A DNA stretch of 64,000 nucleotides, taken from positions 31,434,001 through 31,498,000 of the forward strand of contig OX597842.1 of the NCBI GenBank assembly GCA_951406725.2. The letters run 5' to 3'. The DNA comes from Octopus vulgaris. Its lineage: Eukaryota. Position numbers and translations under genes: made by a program. Positions 12,766 through 25,474 of the stretch are shown piece by piece; position 1 is the stretch's first letter; every line of letters starts with the position of its first letter. Below the pieces are notes generated by a model. That model searched no databases. It worked only from the letters and a program-made list of their open reading frames with translations, and was not told the DNA's origin.

Positions 12766-14034
12766 TGGTAAAAAAACCTGTAAAATTTTGTAAAATTGTT
12801 TGAAAACAATGGCAAACAGATTGTTTTTTGTTTTTTGTTGTGTTTCTGTCCTAAACTTGACTCTGTCACATCAGCCATTGTCTCCATTCACACCTTAAGC
12901 AAGTCTTTCCATCTCTCTACTCATTATGTTGCAATGTTTATTGTTTCGGCTTTTGTCTGAGGATTTTTTGGGGGGTTTTTTTAGAATTTAAAAAAATTTT
13001 TTATTCTTTGAGGAATTAAAAAAACAAAAAAAATTTGAAGAAAAGAATTTAAGAAGAATTTTGTAACTGAAGTGCGGGGGGGGGGAGACATTTGCACGGC
13101 CAGGTGTGTGTGTGTATACCTGTGTGTGGGTGTGTGTGTATCCAGGTGTGTGAGTGTGGGGGGGTTGGTGTTTGGCTCTGTGTGTGTGTGTGTATACCTG
13201 TGTGTGAGTGTGTGTGTGTGGGTGTTCATGTGTATCTGGGTGCGGATGTGTGTGTATACTTGTGTGTGTTTGTGTGTATCTGTGTCTGTGTGTGTGTATA
13301 CCTGTGTGTGTATATGTGTGTGTATGTCTGTATATTTGGGTGTGTGTATATGTGTGTATTTTTTAGTGTATATGTGTGTATGCATGTATGCACATCTAGA
13401 TGAGTATGTGTATGTATACATGTATGTATGTATATATATATGTGTGTGTGTGTGTATACGTATAGGTACGTATGCACCAATTTATATATATGTATGTGTG
13501 TATGTACATGTATGTATATATATATATATACATATATATATACACAGACACAATATATATATATTCCAATATATATATATATATATATATGTAGTGTTGT
13601 ATGTATGTATGTATACGATTGTATATATATGTATATATATATGTGTGTGTGTATATATATATATACGTAATATATATATACATAATATATATATAGTGTT
13701 GTATGTATGCATATGATTGTACGTATATACACATATATATATGTATGTATTTATATATTAGTATGTGTGTGTATGTATGTGTGTGTATATGAGTGTGTGT
13801 GTGTGTGTGTGTTTATGTGTACGTGGTCACACACTGACTCTTTGAATGGAATGAACAATTATACTGGAAAACCATTGATTGGGTAATTAACTAAGAAAAT
13901 AATTGCAGAGAATTTTAAACGAAGAAAACAAATACGTAAGGAAATAGTTGAGGGGTGAAGAGTCTGTTGTTAAATGTGGCCCTTAATCTTTGTAAAGGGG
14001 CCTTTTGTCTCCTTCTCATTAGATATTCCAAATA

Positions 14035-14732
14035 CACACACACACACAACATATGCACACACACACACACACATACACAAGTTTGCACACAGACAAATTT
14101 GAACACACCCAACCAAACACACTCACACACACACACTCACACACACACATACACACAGACACAAACAAATACACAAACTCACACACACACACACACACAT
14201 AAATGTGTGTGCACACACACTCACACACACCCAACCACTCATACACACACACCCACACACACACACAAACTCACCCACTCATACACACACACATGCACAC
14301 AAACTCGCACACACCCAACCACTCACACACTCATACACACACTAACACACACACACACTCAACCACTCCATACACACACACACGCACACAAACTCACACA
14401 CTCATACACACACACTCATACACACACACACACATGCACACACACACTCATACACACACACACGCACACACACTCACACACTCATACACACACACACACA
14501 TGCACACACACACTCATACACACACACACGCACACAAACTCACACACTCATACATACACACACACATGCACACACACACTCATACACACAAAACACACAC
14601 ACTCATACACACACACACACACATGCACACACACACTCATACACAAACACACACGCACACAAACTCACACACTCATACACACATACACACACACACACTC
14701 ATACACACACACACACACACAGACTCACACAC
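14035..14732. repeat. (CA)n-based minisatellite (ACTCATACAC units)
   Basis: Visible repeat units. Confidence 0.85.
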
Positions 14733-15059
14733 AAACTTCCCAGTAACACCCGTCCATGCCCACCACCCCTCATATTTGACCCTTCTTCTCTTCCACTGTT
14801 CTCCTCCTCCTCCTCCTTACGTCAGCCATTTTCTTCCTTCCCATCTTAAGCAAGTATCTCCATCTCACCAAATCCCTCCCATCATTTCCCCTCCCATTAT
14901 TCCAACCATTGTGAAGTGTCCCCTAAACCCCATCGTCCCACCCCCTTCAGCCCCGTCAATCATCTTTATGTTTTTCCTTTGTCTTCAATCATTATTCAAA
15001 TCCCTTCTTTTTTCAACCCACAAAAAATTTCTTCCTCCAAAGTCTTCAGCTCTCATACA

Positions 15060-15615
15060 CCCTCTCTCTCTCTCTTTCTCCTTCTCTTTCTTTCTCCCTC
15101 TCTTTCTTTCTCTCTCTCTCTTCCCCTCTCCACTCGCTTTCTCTCTTTCTCCCTCCTTTCTCCTCTCTTTCTCACTCTCCATTTCTCTCTCCTTCTCTTT
15201 TTCTCCCCTCTCTCTCTCCCTCATTCTACCTCCCTTTTCCTCTCTCCCTCTTTATCCTCTCTCTTTCCCTCTCCTCTCGCTTTCTCTCTTTCTCCCTCCT
15301 TCTTTCTCCTCTCTTTCTCACTCTCCATTCCTCTCTCTTTCTCACTTTCTCTTTCTTCCACTCTCTCTCTTCCACTCTCTCTCTTTCTCCCCCTCTCTTT
15401 CTCCCCCTCTCTCTCCCTCATTCTACCTCTCTTTTCCTCTCTCCCTCTTTCTCTTTCTCCCACACTCTCCCTCTTTTTCTTTCTTCCACTCTCTCTCTTT
15501 CTCTCTCCTCTCTTTCTCTCTCTCTCTTTCTCTCTCCTCTCTTTCTCCCCACTCTCTCATTCTACCTCTCTTTTCCTCCCTCCCTCCCTCTCTTTCCTCC
15601 CCCTCTCCCTTCCCA
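15060..15615. repeat. Polypyrimidine (CT-rich) tract
   Basis: About 550 bp almost entirely C/T. Confidence 0.9.
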
Positions 15616-16065
15616 TTCTACAATGATATTCAAATCTAAAACAGGATATTTTTCTTCCTCCTTTTCTTAAAGACTTTCACCTGCATTCAAACCTAAATCC
15701 AGTTTCTCCAGTCCTCCACCCCATCAAACCTTACCTAAGACCATACCCAAGCTAATATATCATTGTGTGTATATAGTCCCGTGTGTATATAGCCGTGAGT
15801 GTGTGTGTGTATAGTCGTGTGTGTGTGGGGGGGTTACCATTTTACAGTATAATTGTTATGAAACTGGAATTTTCTACACCTGAAGAATTCCACTTTTGGC
15901 TGGAAACCCAGGATTCAGGTTGAGTGCTTCCTTGGAAATACCGAAAATTCACACCCCACCTGGCCTTATATATATGTGTGTGTATATATATATATATATC
16001 ATCATCATCGTCGTTGTCGTCATTTAATGTCCGCTTTCCATACTGGCATGGGCTGTACGATTTGA

Positions 16066-16326
16066 CTGAAGGCTGTGGGTGGATTTGGTAAATGGAAACT
16101 GAAAGAAGCCCTACACATATGTGTGTTTGTCTGAGGGCTGTGGGTGGATTTGGTAAATGGAAACTGAAAGAAGCCCTTCATATATGTGTGTTTGTCTGAG
16201 CGCTGTGAGTGGATTTGGTAAATGGAAACTGAAAGAAGCCCTTCATATATGTGTGTTTGTCTGAGGGCTGTGAGTGGATTTGGTAAATGGAAACTGAAAG
16301 ATGCCCTTCATATATGTGTGTTTGTC
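16066..16326 (+). repeat. 4 x 65-bp tandem repeat of an internal SINE-A segment
   Basis: Units start at CTGA at 16066, 16131, 16196, 16261; continues into the SINE A 3' half to about 16562. Confidence 0.9.
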
Positions 16327-17249
16327 TTTGTGTCTGTGTTTGTTTCCCCCCCCCAGTACCTCATGACAACCGATGTTGGTTTGCTTATGTCCCTGCAACC
16401 TAGCAGTTCAGCAAAAGAGACTGATAGAATAAGTACTAAGCTTAACAAAGATTAATTGCCGGGATCGATTTCTTTGACTCAAAAATACAAACCCTTTAAG
16501 GTTTCTCTGTTTAAGCTGGTGCTCCAGCATGGTCGTAGTCAAATAACTGAAACTAGTAAAAGGCTATGACCAATATGGATGAACGCAGTGATGACCGGTC
16601 AGCCTCTTGACCGCATCCCTGCTCGGAAGAAGCTGAAACAAGACACACAGTAACTCCATGTACTCTTATCGTGCTGGGTTTCAAATCCCGAGTGATGCAC
16701 CTCTCGCCGACTCCCACCATTGGTCAGCTGATTTATGTAGGTCACATGACACAAAGCAATTAATCAGCATCTAATTAAGTTTCATACTAATTAATATTCC
16801 CAGTGTTTGGTTTGATTTTAATTTTTAATTAGATCAATGTTGTTGTTATTGTTGTTGTTACTCATTTGCAGTTCAGGTTTCACTGTAATTATCATAATCA
16901 ATTAGTGAGTGTGACATACGTGTGGCTATAGAAGATGGGGGTGGGGTTAGAGTGTGTATGTGTATGTGCGAGTACATATATATATATATATATTTGTGTG
17001 ATGGTGGGAGCGGGGTTGCGGCTGCCAATGAACGGGTGTGGTGCGACGTGGATGTGGATCATTATAACTAATTAGTTAATTAAATGTATACTTACTGGAA
17101 TCAATTCATTAGAAATTGTCTCCATCTTCACCCCACCCTCTTTCCGTGTGTGTCTGTGTAATGAATGAGCATAATATATATATGTATGTGTATGCATGCC
17201 TATATATGTGTGTGTGTGTATATATATATACATAGATGTATACATATAT

Positions 17250-17585
17250 GTACCTCCCCTACAGCATGGCCCCTATTTCTTTCCCTCTACCCATTCTCTA
17301 ACTTTCCATCCCCTGGCACAAAGTCACCTCCTTTGATTCTACTCCCTACCTCTGTTGTGGGGTTCTTGGCTTTGCAAGTTACCTGGTGACCTCACTGGTG
17401 CTGGTGCCACATAATTAGCTCCCTGTACACTCTGTAAAGAGGCTGGCATTAGGAAGGGCATCCAGTCATAGAAACCATGCTGAAACAGGCAAGAGAACTT
17501 GGCACAGCTCTCTGGAACACCACCTCCTGTCAAATTATCCAACCCATGACAGCATGGAAAAACAGATGTTAAATGATGACAATGA
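17250..17585 (+). mobile_element. Diverged family B-related retroposon
   Basis: GGCATTAGGAAGGGCATCCAG...CCAACCCATGACAGCATGG...ATGATGAC; 5' 90 bp recurs at 18493-18584. Confidence 0.6.
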
Positions 17586-17889
17586 GGATACACAAAATGT
17601 CAGGCCAAAGTAATTCTAACTCTAAAGTTTCAGTGATTTATCTTCACAAAACTTCTTTGGGTTTATACCGTGCCAGTGCAATGTAAAAATCACCCAATAC
17701 GTCCTGTAAAGCGGAGGAGGAGCATTGAGCTGTAGAAACCATTTCAAGGCAGGCAGCATGGCCTGGTGCATTCTTCTCACTTACCACCTCCTGTCACTTC
17801 GTCCAACCCATACATGCATATACATACCTACACACACACACATATATACGAGATGATGTTAAAAAGATCCTGAACTATTTATGTTTCGT

Positions 17890-18030
17890 GGGCATGGCTG
17901 TGTGGTTAGGGAGCTTGCTTTCTAGCTACATGGTTTCGGGTTCAGTCCCACTGCGTGGCACTTTGGGCTGGTGTCTTCCACTATAGCCCCGAGTCGACCG
18001 AAGCTTTGTGATTGAATTTGGTAGGTGGAA
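17890..18030 (+). mobile_element. SINE family A 5' fragment
   Basis: tRNA-like head and core homology. Confidence 0.7.
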
Positions 18031-18163
18031 GTTACTGCCGTGGGTGTATATGTGCATGTAGCTGCTCAGTGCCTCTCCGAAAGAGAGAGAGGGAAACTAG
18101 GCCTGTCGTGATGCTCTTAAATTTAGGATCTTTTCACCCCCACACTTGTACATAGATCCCTCT

Positions 18164-18215
<52 letters not shown>

Positions 18216-18231
18216 TCACTTTCTATATATA

Positions 18232-18450
18232 TTATCATCATTTACGTCTGCTTTCCATGCTGGCATGGGTTGGACGGTTTGACTGAAGACTGGTAAGCCA
18301 GGGAGCTGTACCGGGTTCCAATCTGGCTGCCCTTCCTAATGCCAACCACTCCGAGAGTGTAGTGGGTGTTTTTTTTTATGTGTCACTGGCACAGGTGCCA
18401 TTGGCCTGAAACCAGTATCAGCCACGACTACAGCCTCACTTGACTTGATA
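18232..18450 (-). mobile_element. Retroposon family B
   Basis: Homology to family B. Confidence 0.75.
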
Positions 18451-18760
18451 GTGTGTGTGTGTGTGTGTGTGTATACATAGATATATACATATATGTACCT
18501 CCCCTACAGCATGACCCCTATTTCTTTCCCTCCACCCATTCTCTAACTTTCCATCCCCCTGGCACAAAGTCACCTCCTTTGATTACACAAATATACATCA
18601 CCAAGGGCTTTGGTTACCTGTCACTGCCTCCCTGAGACTCAAACCTCAAATGGTGCTTTTTGTGTGCCACCAGCATGGGTGCCAGTCAGGTGGCACCGGC
18701 ATCGGCCACAACTATGAATTCACTCGGTTCGACAGGTCTTCACATGCACAGTACATCATC

Positions 18761-19294
18761 TGGAAAAGACTTTCTAACTAGAAAGGGTATGGCCTGGTCA
18801 GCCTGTAATGACATGCATAAGATCTGGTCATCAAATCTAAGTAGAGACTTCAAACTTGAAATCTTCAAAGCCACAGTCGACCCAATTCTACTCTATGACT
18901 CAGAAACCTGGACGTTATCAAAGAAGCTTGAGAGGCGGTTGGATGGAACCTACCCTCGCCTCCTTATGAGAGCTCAAAATCTCTCGTGGAAGTGCCATCC
19001 AACCAAAGTGCAAATATATGGGAAACTACCACCTGTGTCATCTCTTGTGAAAGGTAGGAGAGTCCAGTTTGCTGGACATTGTTGTAGAGCTGAAAAAGAG
19101 GTAATTTCTACTCTTCTCCTCTGGAAGCCATCTACTCGCAATACCAGAGGGCGCACACACTCCTACCCTGATGTAATCTCCAGGGATACAGGCATCCAGC
19201 AACAGGACCTCCGTAATGCCATGATGGACCGTGAAGTCTGGCGTAGCATGGTAAATTCCATTGTCTCGACCACGGTCGAACAATGATGATGATG
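18761..19294 (+). mobile_element. 5'-truncated RTE-like LINE (C-terminal post-RT domain)
   Basis: Open frame KLEIFKATVDPILLYDSETWTL...RRVQFAGHCCR...AMMDREVWR, typical of non-LTR ORF2 C-termini; (GAT)n tail; TSD ACATCATC at 18753-18760 and 19295-19302. Confidence 0.88.
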
Positions 19295-19764
19295 ACATCA
19301 TCCAACGATTCAAGGGTGCTTTTAATAGGCCAGTCACACACCACTGACAATGGCCTTCGTTACAACCACATATATTTACATATACGATCATTTAACATCC
19401 ACTTCCCATGCAGACATGAGTTGAACTCTGTGAGTGTGAGTGAAAAGGCATATGCAAAATCCTTGGCATTTCTAAATCTAAAGAATATCTTAAATAACTC
19501 AGGACAGATGTTGATGAAGATCTGTTGAGCTTAAGATTGGATTTCCTTTGGAGAATTAGCATTTAAGAAATGAAATTGTTATCTGTTCCATTTAGAACAT
19601 TCCGGAGTCTGGTGTACTCTTGCACTGCCACACATAGACACTCGTTATTAATAGTTCATTTTGTAATTAAAATATATAAATGACAAATTGCTAATTAAAT
19701 TATATTAAAATCAAGACACAGAATTAAGAAAGCATTCGTTTGGTTCTGTGTTGTTTTCGAATAT

Positions 19765-19930
19765 GCACAAGTGTGGCTGTGGTAAGAGACTTGCTTACCA
19801 ACCACATGGTTCTGGGTTCAGTCCCACTGTGTGGCACCTTGGGCAAGTGTCTTCTACTATAGCCTCGGGCTGACCAAAGACTTGTGAGTGGATTTAGTAG
19901 ACAGAAACTGAAAGAAGCCTGTTGTATATA

Positions 19931-19992
<62 letters not shown>

Positions 19993-20335
19993 AAAGGAAT
20001 TCTGTACAATCTTCGTTCAACTCCATTTCTTCCATTCACTAATTATATGTATATATATATATATATACAACAGGCTTCTTTATATATATATATATACATA
20101 TGTATATATGTATGTATATACACACACATATGTTTGTGTGTCTATGTCTGTCACCCCACCATCGCTTGACAATGAATACTGGTGTGTTTACATCTTTGTA
20201 ACATAGCGGTTCGGCAAAAGAGACTGATAGAATAAGTACTAGGCTTAGAAAGAATAAGTCCTAGTGTTGATTTACTCAACTAAAGGCAGTGCTCCAGCAT
20301 GGCCATAGTCAAATGACTGAAACAAGTAAAAGAAT
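19765..20335 (+). mobile_element. SINE family A with expanded or interrupted centre
   Basis: Head 19765-19925, tail 20140-20335. Confidence 0.8.
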
Positions 20336-20388
20336 ATATATATAAACACACACACACACGCCCACACACATATATATATACTCTCTCT

Positions 20389-20596
20389 CTTTTACTCTTT
20401 TACTTGTTTTCAGTCATTTGACTGTGGCCATGCTGGAGCACCGCCTTTAGTAGAGCAAATCGACCCCGGGACTTATTCTTTGTAAGCCCAGTACTTATTC
20501 TATCGGTCTCTTTTGCCGAACCGCTAAGTGACAGGGACGTAAACACACCAGCATCGGTTGTCAAGCAATGCTAGGGGGACAAGCACAGACACACAA

Positions 20597-20633
<37 letters not shown>

Positions 20634-20795
20634 ACGTGCTTCTTTCAGTTTCCGTCTACCAAATCCACACACAAGGCATTGGTCGACCCGGGGCTATAGC
20701 AGAAGACACTTGCCCAAGGTGCCACACAGTAGGACTGAACCCGGAACCATGTGGTTGGTAAGCAAGCTACTTACCACACAGCCACTCTTGCGCCT
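20389..20795 (-). mobile_element. SINE family A, full length
   Basis: Homology to family A. Confidence 0.9.
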
Positions 20796-20833
20796 ATTAT
20801 ATATATATATACACACATGTATGTATGTATATA

Positions 20834-20977
20834 TCATCATCATCATCATCGTTTAACGTCCGCTCTCCGTGCTAGCATGGGTTGGACGGTTCGACTGGGG
20901 TCAGGGAAGCCAGGAGGCTGCACCAGGCCCAGTCTGATCTGGTAATGTCTCTACAGCTGGATGCCCTTCCTAACGCC
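20834..20977 (-). mobile_element. Retroposon family B 3' fragment
   Basis: (ATC)n tail plus body. Confidence 0.8.
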
Positions 20978-21448
20978 ATCATGGACCTGACACAGGTAGC
21001 AGTGACAGGTGTGTTACTAACTACAGGTATATCAGTGATACATGACGTGAGCTGGGAGTGGAGATGAGGGGGGCGATGATGAAGAAGCAGCACTGATGCG
21101 TGAGAGATGGAGTAGAGATGCTGATTAAAGGAAAGGATGTGGGCCATGGTAGGAAGGTGTGTGTGTGGGGGGTAACATTACTGTGCAGGGCAGGGCAGAC
21201 AATCATGTGATTAATAGGTGTGTAGGTCTATAAATAGCTATGGAATATGCACACACATACATGCACACATATACACACATACACTCACAAACACATACAC
21301 ACATACATATATACACACACACACGTGCATGCATGCCTATATGTCTTGTAATATGATTTCCAACTCATGTTGGATATCTTTTAAAGATAACACAGGTATT
21401 TCACACACCCAGGTGAGGTTGCATATATATATAATATATATAGGCATG

Positions 21449-21489
<41 letters not shown>

Positions 21490-22212
21490 GTATATCCCAA
21501 ATTATATTGTACAAATATACATGCACACACCTGCATATACACACATGCGTATGTGTGTGTATATGCAGGTGTGTGCATGTATATTTATGCAATATATACA
21601 TAATACACATTGACGCACACAGACATACATGCATGCACACACAAACATGCACACGCGCACACACACAGATACAGCAGGTGCAGTCAAGAAGTTTGTGAAT
21701 TTTTTTTCCCAACCACATGGTTCCAGGTTCAATCCTGATCTACAGCACCTTGGGAAAGTGTGTTTTATTATAGCCCTAGGCCAGGCAAAGCCTTGCAAAT
21801 GGATATGAGAGACGGAAACCAAAAGAAGTTGTCTATCAAATCCACGAAGTGAGGGTCATACATACATCATCATCATTATCATCACCATCATCATCGTTTA
21901 ACGTCCACCTTACGTGCTGGCATGGGTGGGACGGTTTGACAGGAGCCAACCAGGCTTCTGTGATTGCTTTGGCATGGTTTTTACAGCTTGATGCCCTTCC
22001 AAACACCAACCCCTTTACAAGTACCAAGCTTTAAAAAAACGAGGTTCTGGGGTCAATTTGTTTGATTAAACCCTTCAAGCTGGTGCCCCAGCATGGCCAC
22101 GGTCAAATGACAGAAACATGTAAAAGATAAAAGATATACATATATATATTATATGTGTGTGTGTGTGTGTGTATGTATGTATAATTATAATAAATAATAT
22201 ATATATATGTAT

Positions 22213-22270
<58 letters not shown>

Positions 22271-22272
22271 GG

Positions 22273-22660
22273 AGGCGTAGGAGTGGCTGTGTGGTAAGTA
22301 GCTTGCTAACCAACCACATGGTTCCGGGTTCAGTCCCACTGCATGGAACCTTGGGCAAGTGTCTTCTGCTATAGCCCCGGGCAGACCAATGCCTTGTGAG
22401 TGGAAGAAGCCCGTCATATATATGTATATGTATATATATGTGTGTGTGTGTGTGTGTTTGTGTGTCTGTGTTTGTCCCCCTAGCATTGCTTGACAGCCGA
22501 TGCTGGTGTGTTTATGTCCCCGTCACTTAGCGGTTCAACAAAAGAGACCGATAGAATAAGTACTGGGCTTACAAAGAATAAGTCCTGGGGTCGATTTGCT
22601 TGACTAAAGGCGGTGCTCCAGCATGGCCACAGTCAAATGACTGAAACAAGTAAAAGAAAA
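22273..22660 (+). mobile_element. SINE family A, full length
   Basis: Starts GGCGTAGGAGTGGCTGTGTGGTAAG; small internal deletion. Confidence 0.9.
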
Positions 22661-23167
22661 AAGAAAAGAATAATATATATGTATACACACACACACAGAA
22701 ACATACACACACACTCACACATATATATATATATACACAATGAGAGAAACACACACACACATAGAAGCACATACAAATATATATATGTATGAAAATATCA
22801 GAACATCCATACGGCATGCTGGCAAGATTGTTATGTGTGTGTGTGTTTGTTATATATATATATACACTATCAAGCATGCACATACACACAAACACTCATA
22901 AACCTGTGTACATACACACACACCACTCTCTCTCTCTCCCTCTCTCTCTCCCTATACACATACAAACTAATTTTTCTGTCCATCATTTTGAATATTCCAT
23001 CCAAAACACTCCAACCATTTCCACCTTATCAGATTTGGAGGAAAATCCTTTGGATTTTTCTGTCAAAATCTTGTCAAGTTCCAAACTTTAATAGATTTCT
23101 CTCTCCTTCATCCCCGTTTCTCCGTTTCCAGCTGAAAATGGCTCACAACAAAAAACTACACCCACTT

Positions 23168-23540
23168 ATACTATACATTGGATAATGTAGTCCTAGATAC
23201 ACTAGGCCTGAATATAAGATGGGATGGTCACAGCTGGAACATCTTTCATCATAGGTCTGCCTGGATCAGGACTGACCTTGGGCTAAACAACAACTATAGC
23301 CACGAATACTTACTACTATACTATACATTAGATAATGTAGTCTTAGATACACTATGCCTGAATAAAAGATGTGACTGAATAAAATATGGGATGGTCATAG
23401 CTGGAGCATCTTTGATCATAGGTCTGTATGGATCAGGACTGACCTGGGGTTAAACAACAATAACTATAGCCACTAATACTAACTACTATACTATACATTA
23501 AATAATGTAGTCCTAGATACACTATGCCTGAATAAAAGCC
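23168..23540. repeat. Tandem array of about 150-bp unit (array 1)
   Basis: Units at 23171, 23321, 23491; same unit as the arrays at 31664, 51256 and 55787. Confidence 0.85.
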
Positions 23541-23681
23541 ATCTTAGTTACTGCAGTGGAGGTGTTGATTGATGACTGACGATTGTGATTTATGGTGTGT
23601 CATGACTGGAATTTCGTATTAGCTTATTACCATAACAATAGGTCAGTCTAGAAAAAGGAGGAGTGAAAGTGCCATCCATAA

Positions 23682-24078
23682 TCATCATCACCATCATCAT
23701 CGTTTAACGTTCTTTCTCCATGCTGGCATGGGTTGGATGGTTCGACCGGGGTCTGGGAAGCCAGGAGGCTGCACCAGGCTCCAGTCTGGTCTGGCAGTGT
23801 TTCTACGGCTGGATGCCCTTCCTAACGCCAACCACTCCGAGAGTGTAGTGAGTGCTTTTTAGGTGCCACCGGCACAGGTGATAGGTGAGGCTGGCAACTG
23901 TCACGATCGGTTGATGCTTTTTACATGCCACCGGTACGGAAGCCAGTCAAGGCGGCGCTGGCATCAGCCACATTCTGTTGGTGCTTTTTACATGCCACTG
24001 GCACAGGGATCACAACTACAATTTCCAATGATTTTTGATGTTGATGTACTTGACTCAGTAGGTCTCCTCAAGCACAGG
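23682..24078 (-). mobile_element. Retroposon family B
   Basis: Homology to family B, with GTGCTTTTTACRTGCCAC subrepeats. Confidence 0.85.
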
Positions 24079-24092
24079 GTCGAAACAGTGTT

Positions 24093-24240
24093 TAATGTTC
24101 AGCAGTAATCCTAATAGTTCTTAAGATTATGTTAATAATACTAATGAATAGTTTATCCTAATAAAATGCCCAGTAATTAAACTATTAATTAATATTATTA
24201 ACATAATCTTAAGAACTATTAGGATTACTTCTGAACGTTA
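24093..24240. repeat. AT-rich inverted repeat (about 63-bp arms)
   Basis: TAATGTTCAGCAGTAATCCTAATAGTTCTTAAGATTATGTTAATAATA... and its reverse complement. Confidence 0.85.
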
Positions 24241-24938
24241 TGGATGGCATTAATCCCTCCTTCTTTTTCTGGACCTGTTGGCGTATCCCATTATGGTGAA
24301 GTTTTTATTTTACCTTTTTATTACTTATGCACCCTGTTACCCCTATAGAAAATTTATCCCACCACCATTGCTTGACAACCGATGTTGGTGTGTTTACATC
24401 CCCGTAACTTAGTGGTTCAGCAAAAGAGACTGATAGAATAAGTACTAGGCTTACAAACCACCAATAGAATCCAAAACTGGTACAAAATATATTCTTTGTG
24501 TCAGAACCTTCTCAGCCTGCTGAGCCCATCTGTCAGCACCCCATAAACCCTTCATCCTACACCCCCATCCATCCAGATTCCATTCATTCCATGTTAATTA
24601 CCAGCTGCTTAATGAAAACGAGCCTATATCTTAATGAAGAAGTGAGTTTTTAAACAAGTTCAGTGTCGAGAGGAGGGGGCGGGCAGGGGGGGTGCATTCT
24701 GTAATTATTTCAGTTATTTTGGGCTAATTGACCAAAGATTTAATTTCCATGGACAACAACAGAGAGAAGCTGATCTTTCGTTAACGAGGTAACACAGGAC
24801 TAATTAATTACTTTTATATTAGACGAGTGTGCGCATGTTTGTGTATGTGCAGTATATGTGTGTGTGTGGGGGGTTATATATGCCTGTGTGTGTGTTTGTG
24901 TGGGGGGTTATATATGCATGTGTGTGTGTGTGTGTATA

Positions 24939-24970
<32 letters not shown>

Positions 24971-24972
24971 AA

Positions 24973-25170
24973 CGCCATGTTGGATCGTTAGCTCCTACAC
25001 ACATTTTTTTCTCTCCTTGTTTCTTTTCTGTGTATCTTTCTGTCGAGGAGCGTATGCTCGAAATGTAAAACACTTTTTCTATTTCTATTCCTGAGCGCCA
25101 TACTAATACATTTGTTTGTTTGTACTCCACCTGCCTTCGTCTTTTGTTTATTTTTGTAAACCTTCCCATT
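24973..25170 (+). mobile_element. Short hammerhead-like element
   Basis: TTT-CTGTCGA-G-GAGC(GTAT)GCTC-GAAA-TGTA-AAA at 25037-25070; flanked by (TA)n. Confidence 0.55.
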
Positions 25171-25220
25171 ATATATGTATATATATATATACGAGAAAGA
25201 AGCAACAAGAATGGATTAGT

Positions 25221-25311
25221 TTTTAGTACAATTGTTTCATACAAAGACAGGCTTTATTAAAAGTTGCAAATATTGCAGCAGATAAAAGTGTCCCGTACTC
25301 ATCAGCTAAAA
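25221..25311 (-). ncRNA. Type-I hammerhead ribozyme, mirror copy
   Basis: Reverse complement of 25384-25474 with GTACGGGACA in stem II. Confidence 0.75.
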
Positions 25312-25383
25312 TACATGAGTTCTCCAAATATCTTAGTGGGTGAGGCTGATATGTATTTTAGCTGATGTATTTTAGCTGATGTA

Positions 25384-25474
25384 TTTTAGCTGATGAGTAT
25401 GGGACACTTTTATCTGCTGCAATATTTGCAACTTTTAATAAAGCCTGTCTTTGTATGAAACAATTGTACTAAAA
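25384..25474 (+). ncRNA. Type-I hammerhead ribozyme, canonical core
   Basis: TTTTAG-CTGATGA-GTATGGGACA...TGTCTTTGTAT-GAAA-CAATTG-TA-CTAAAA; palindromic stem III; predicted cleavage after A25468. Confidence 0.75.

Noticed and set aside
18660-18760. N-terminal part of the 208-aa ORF
   Set aside because: Chance read-through from the flanking repeat upstream of the TSD; not part of the LINE
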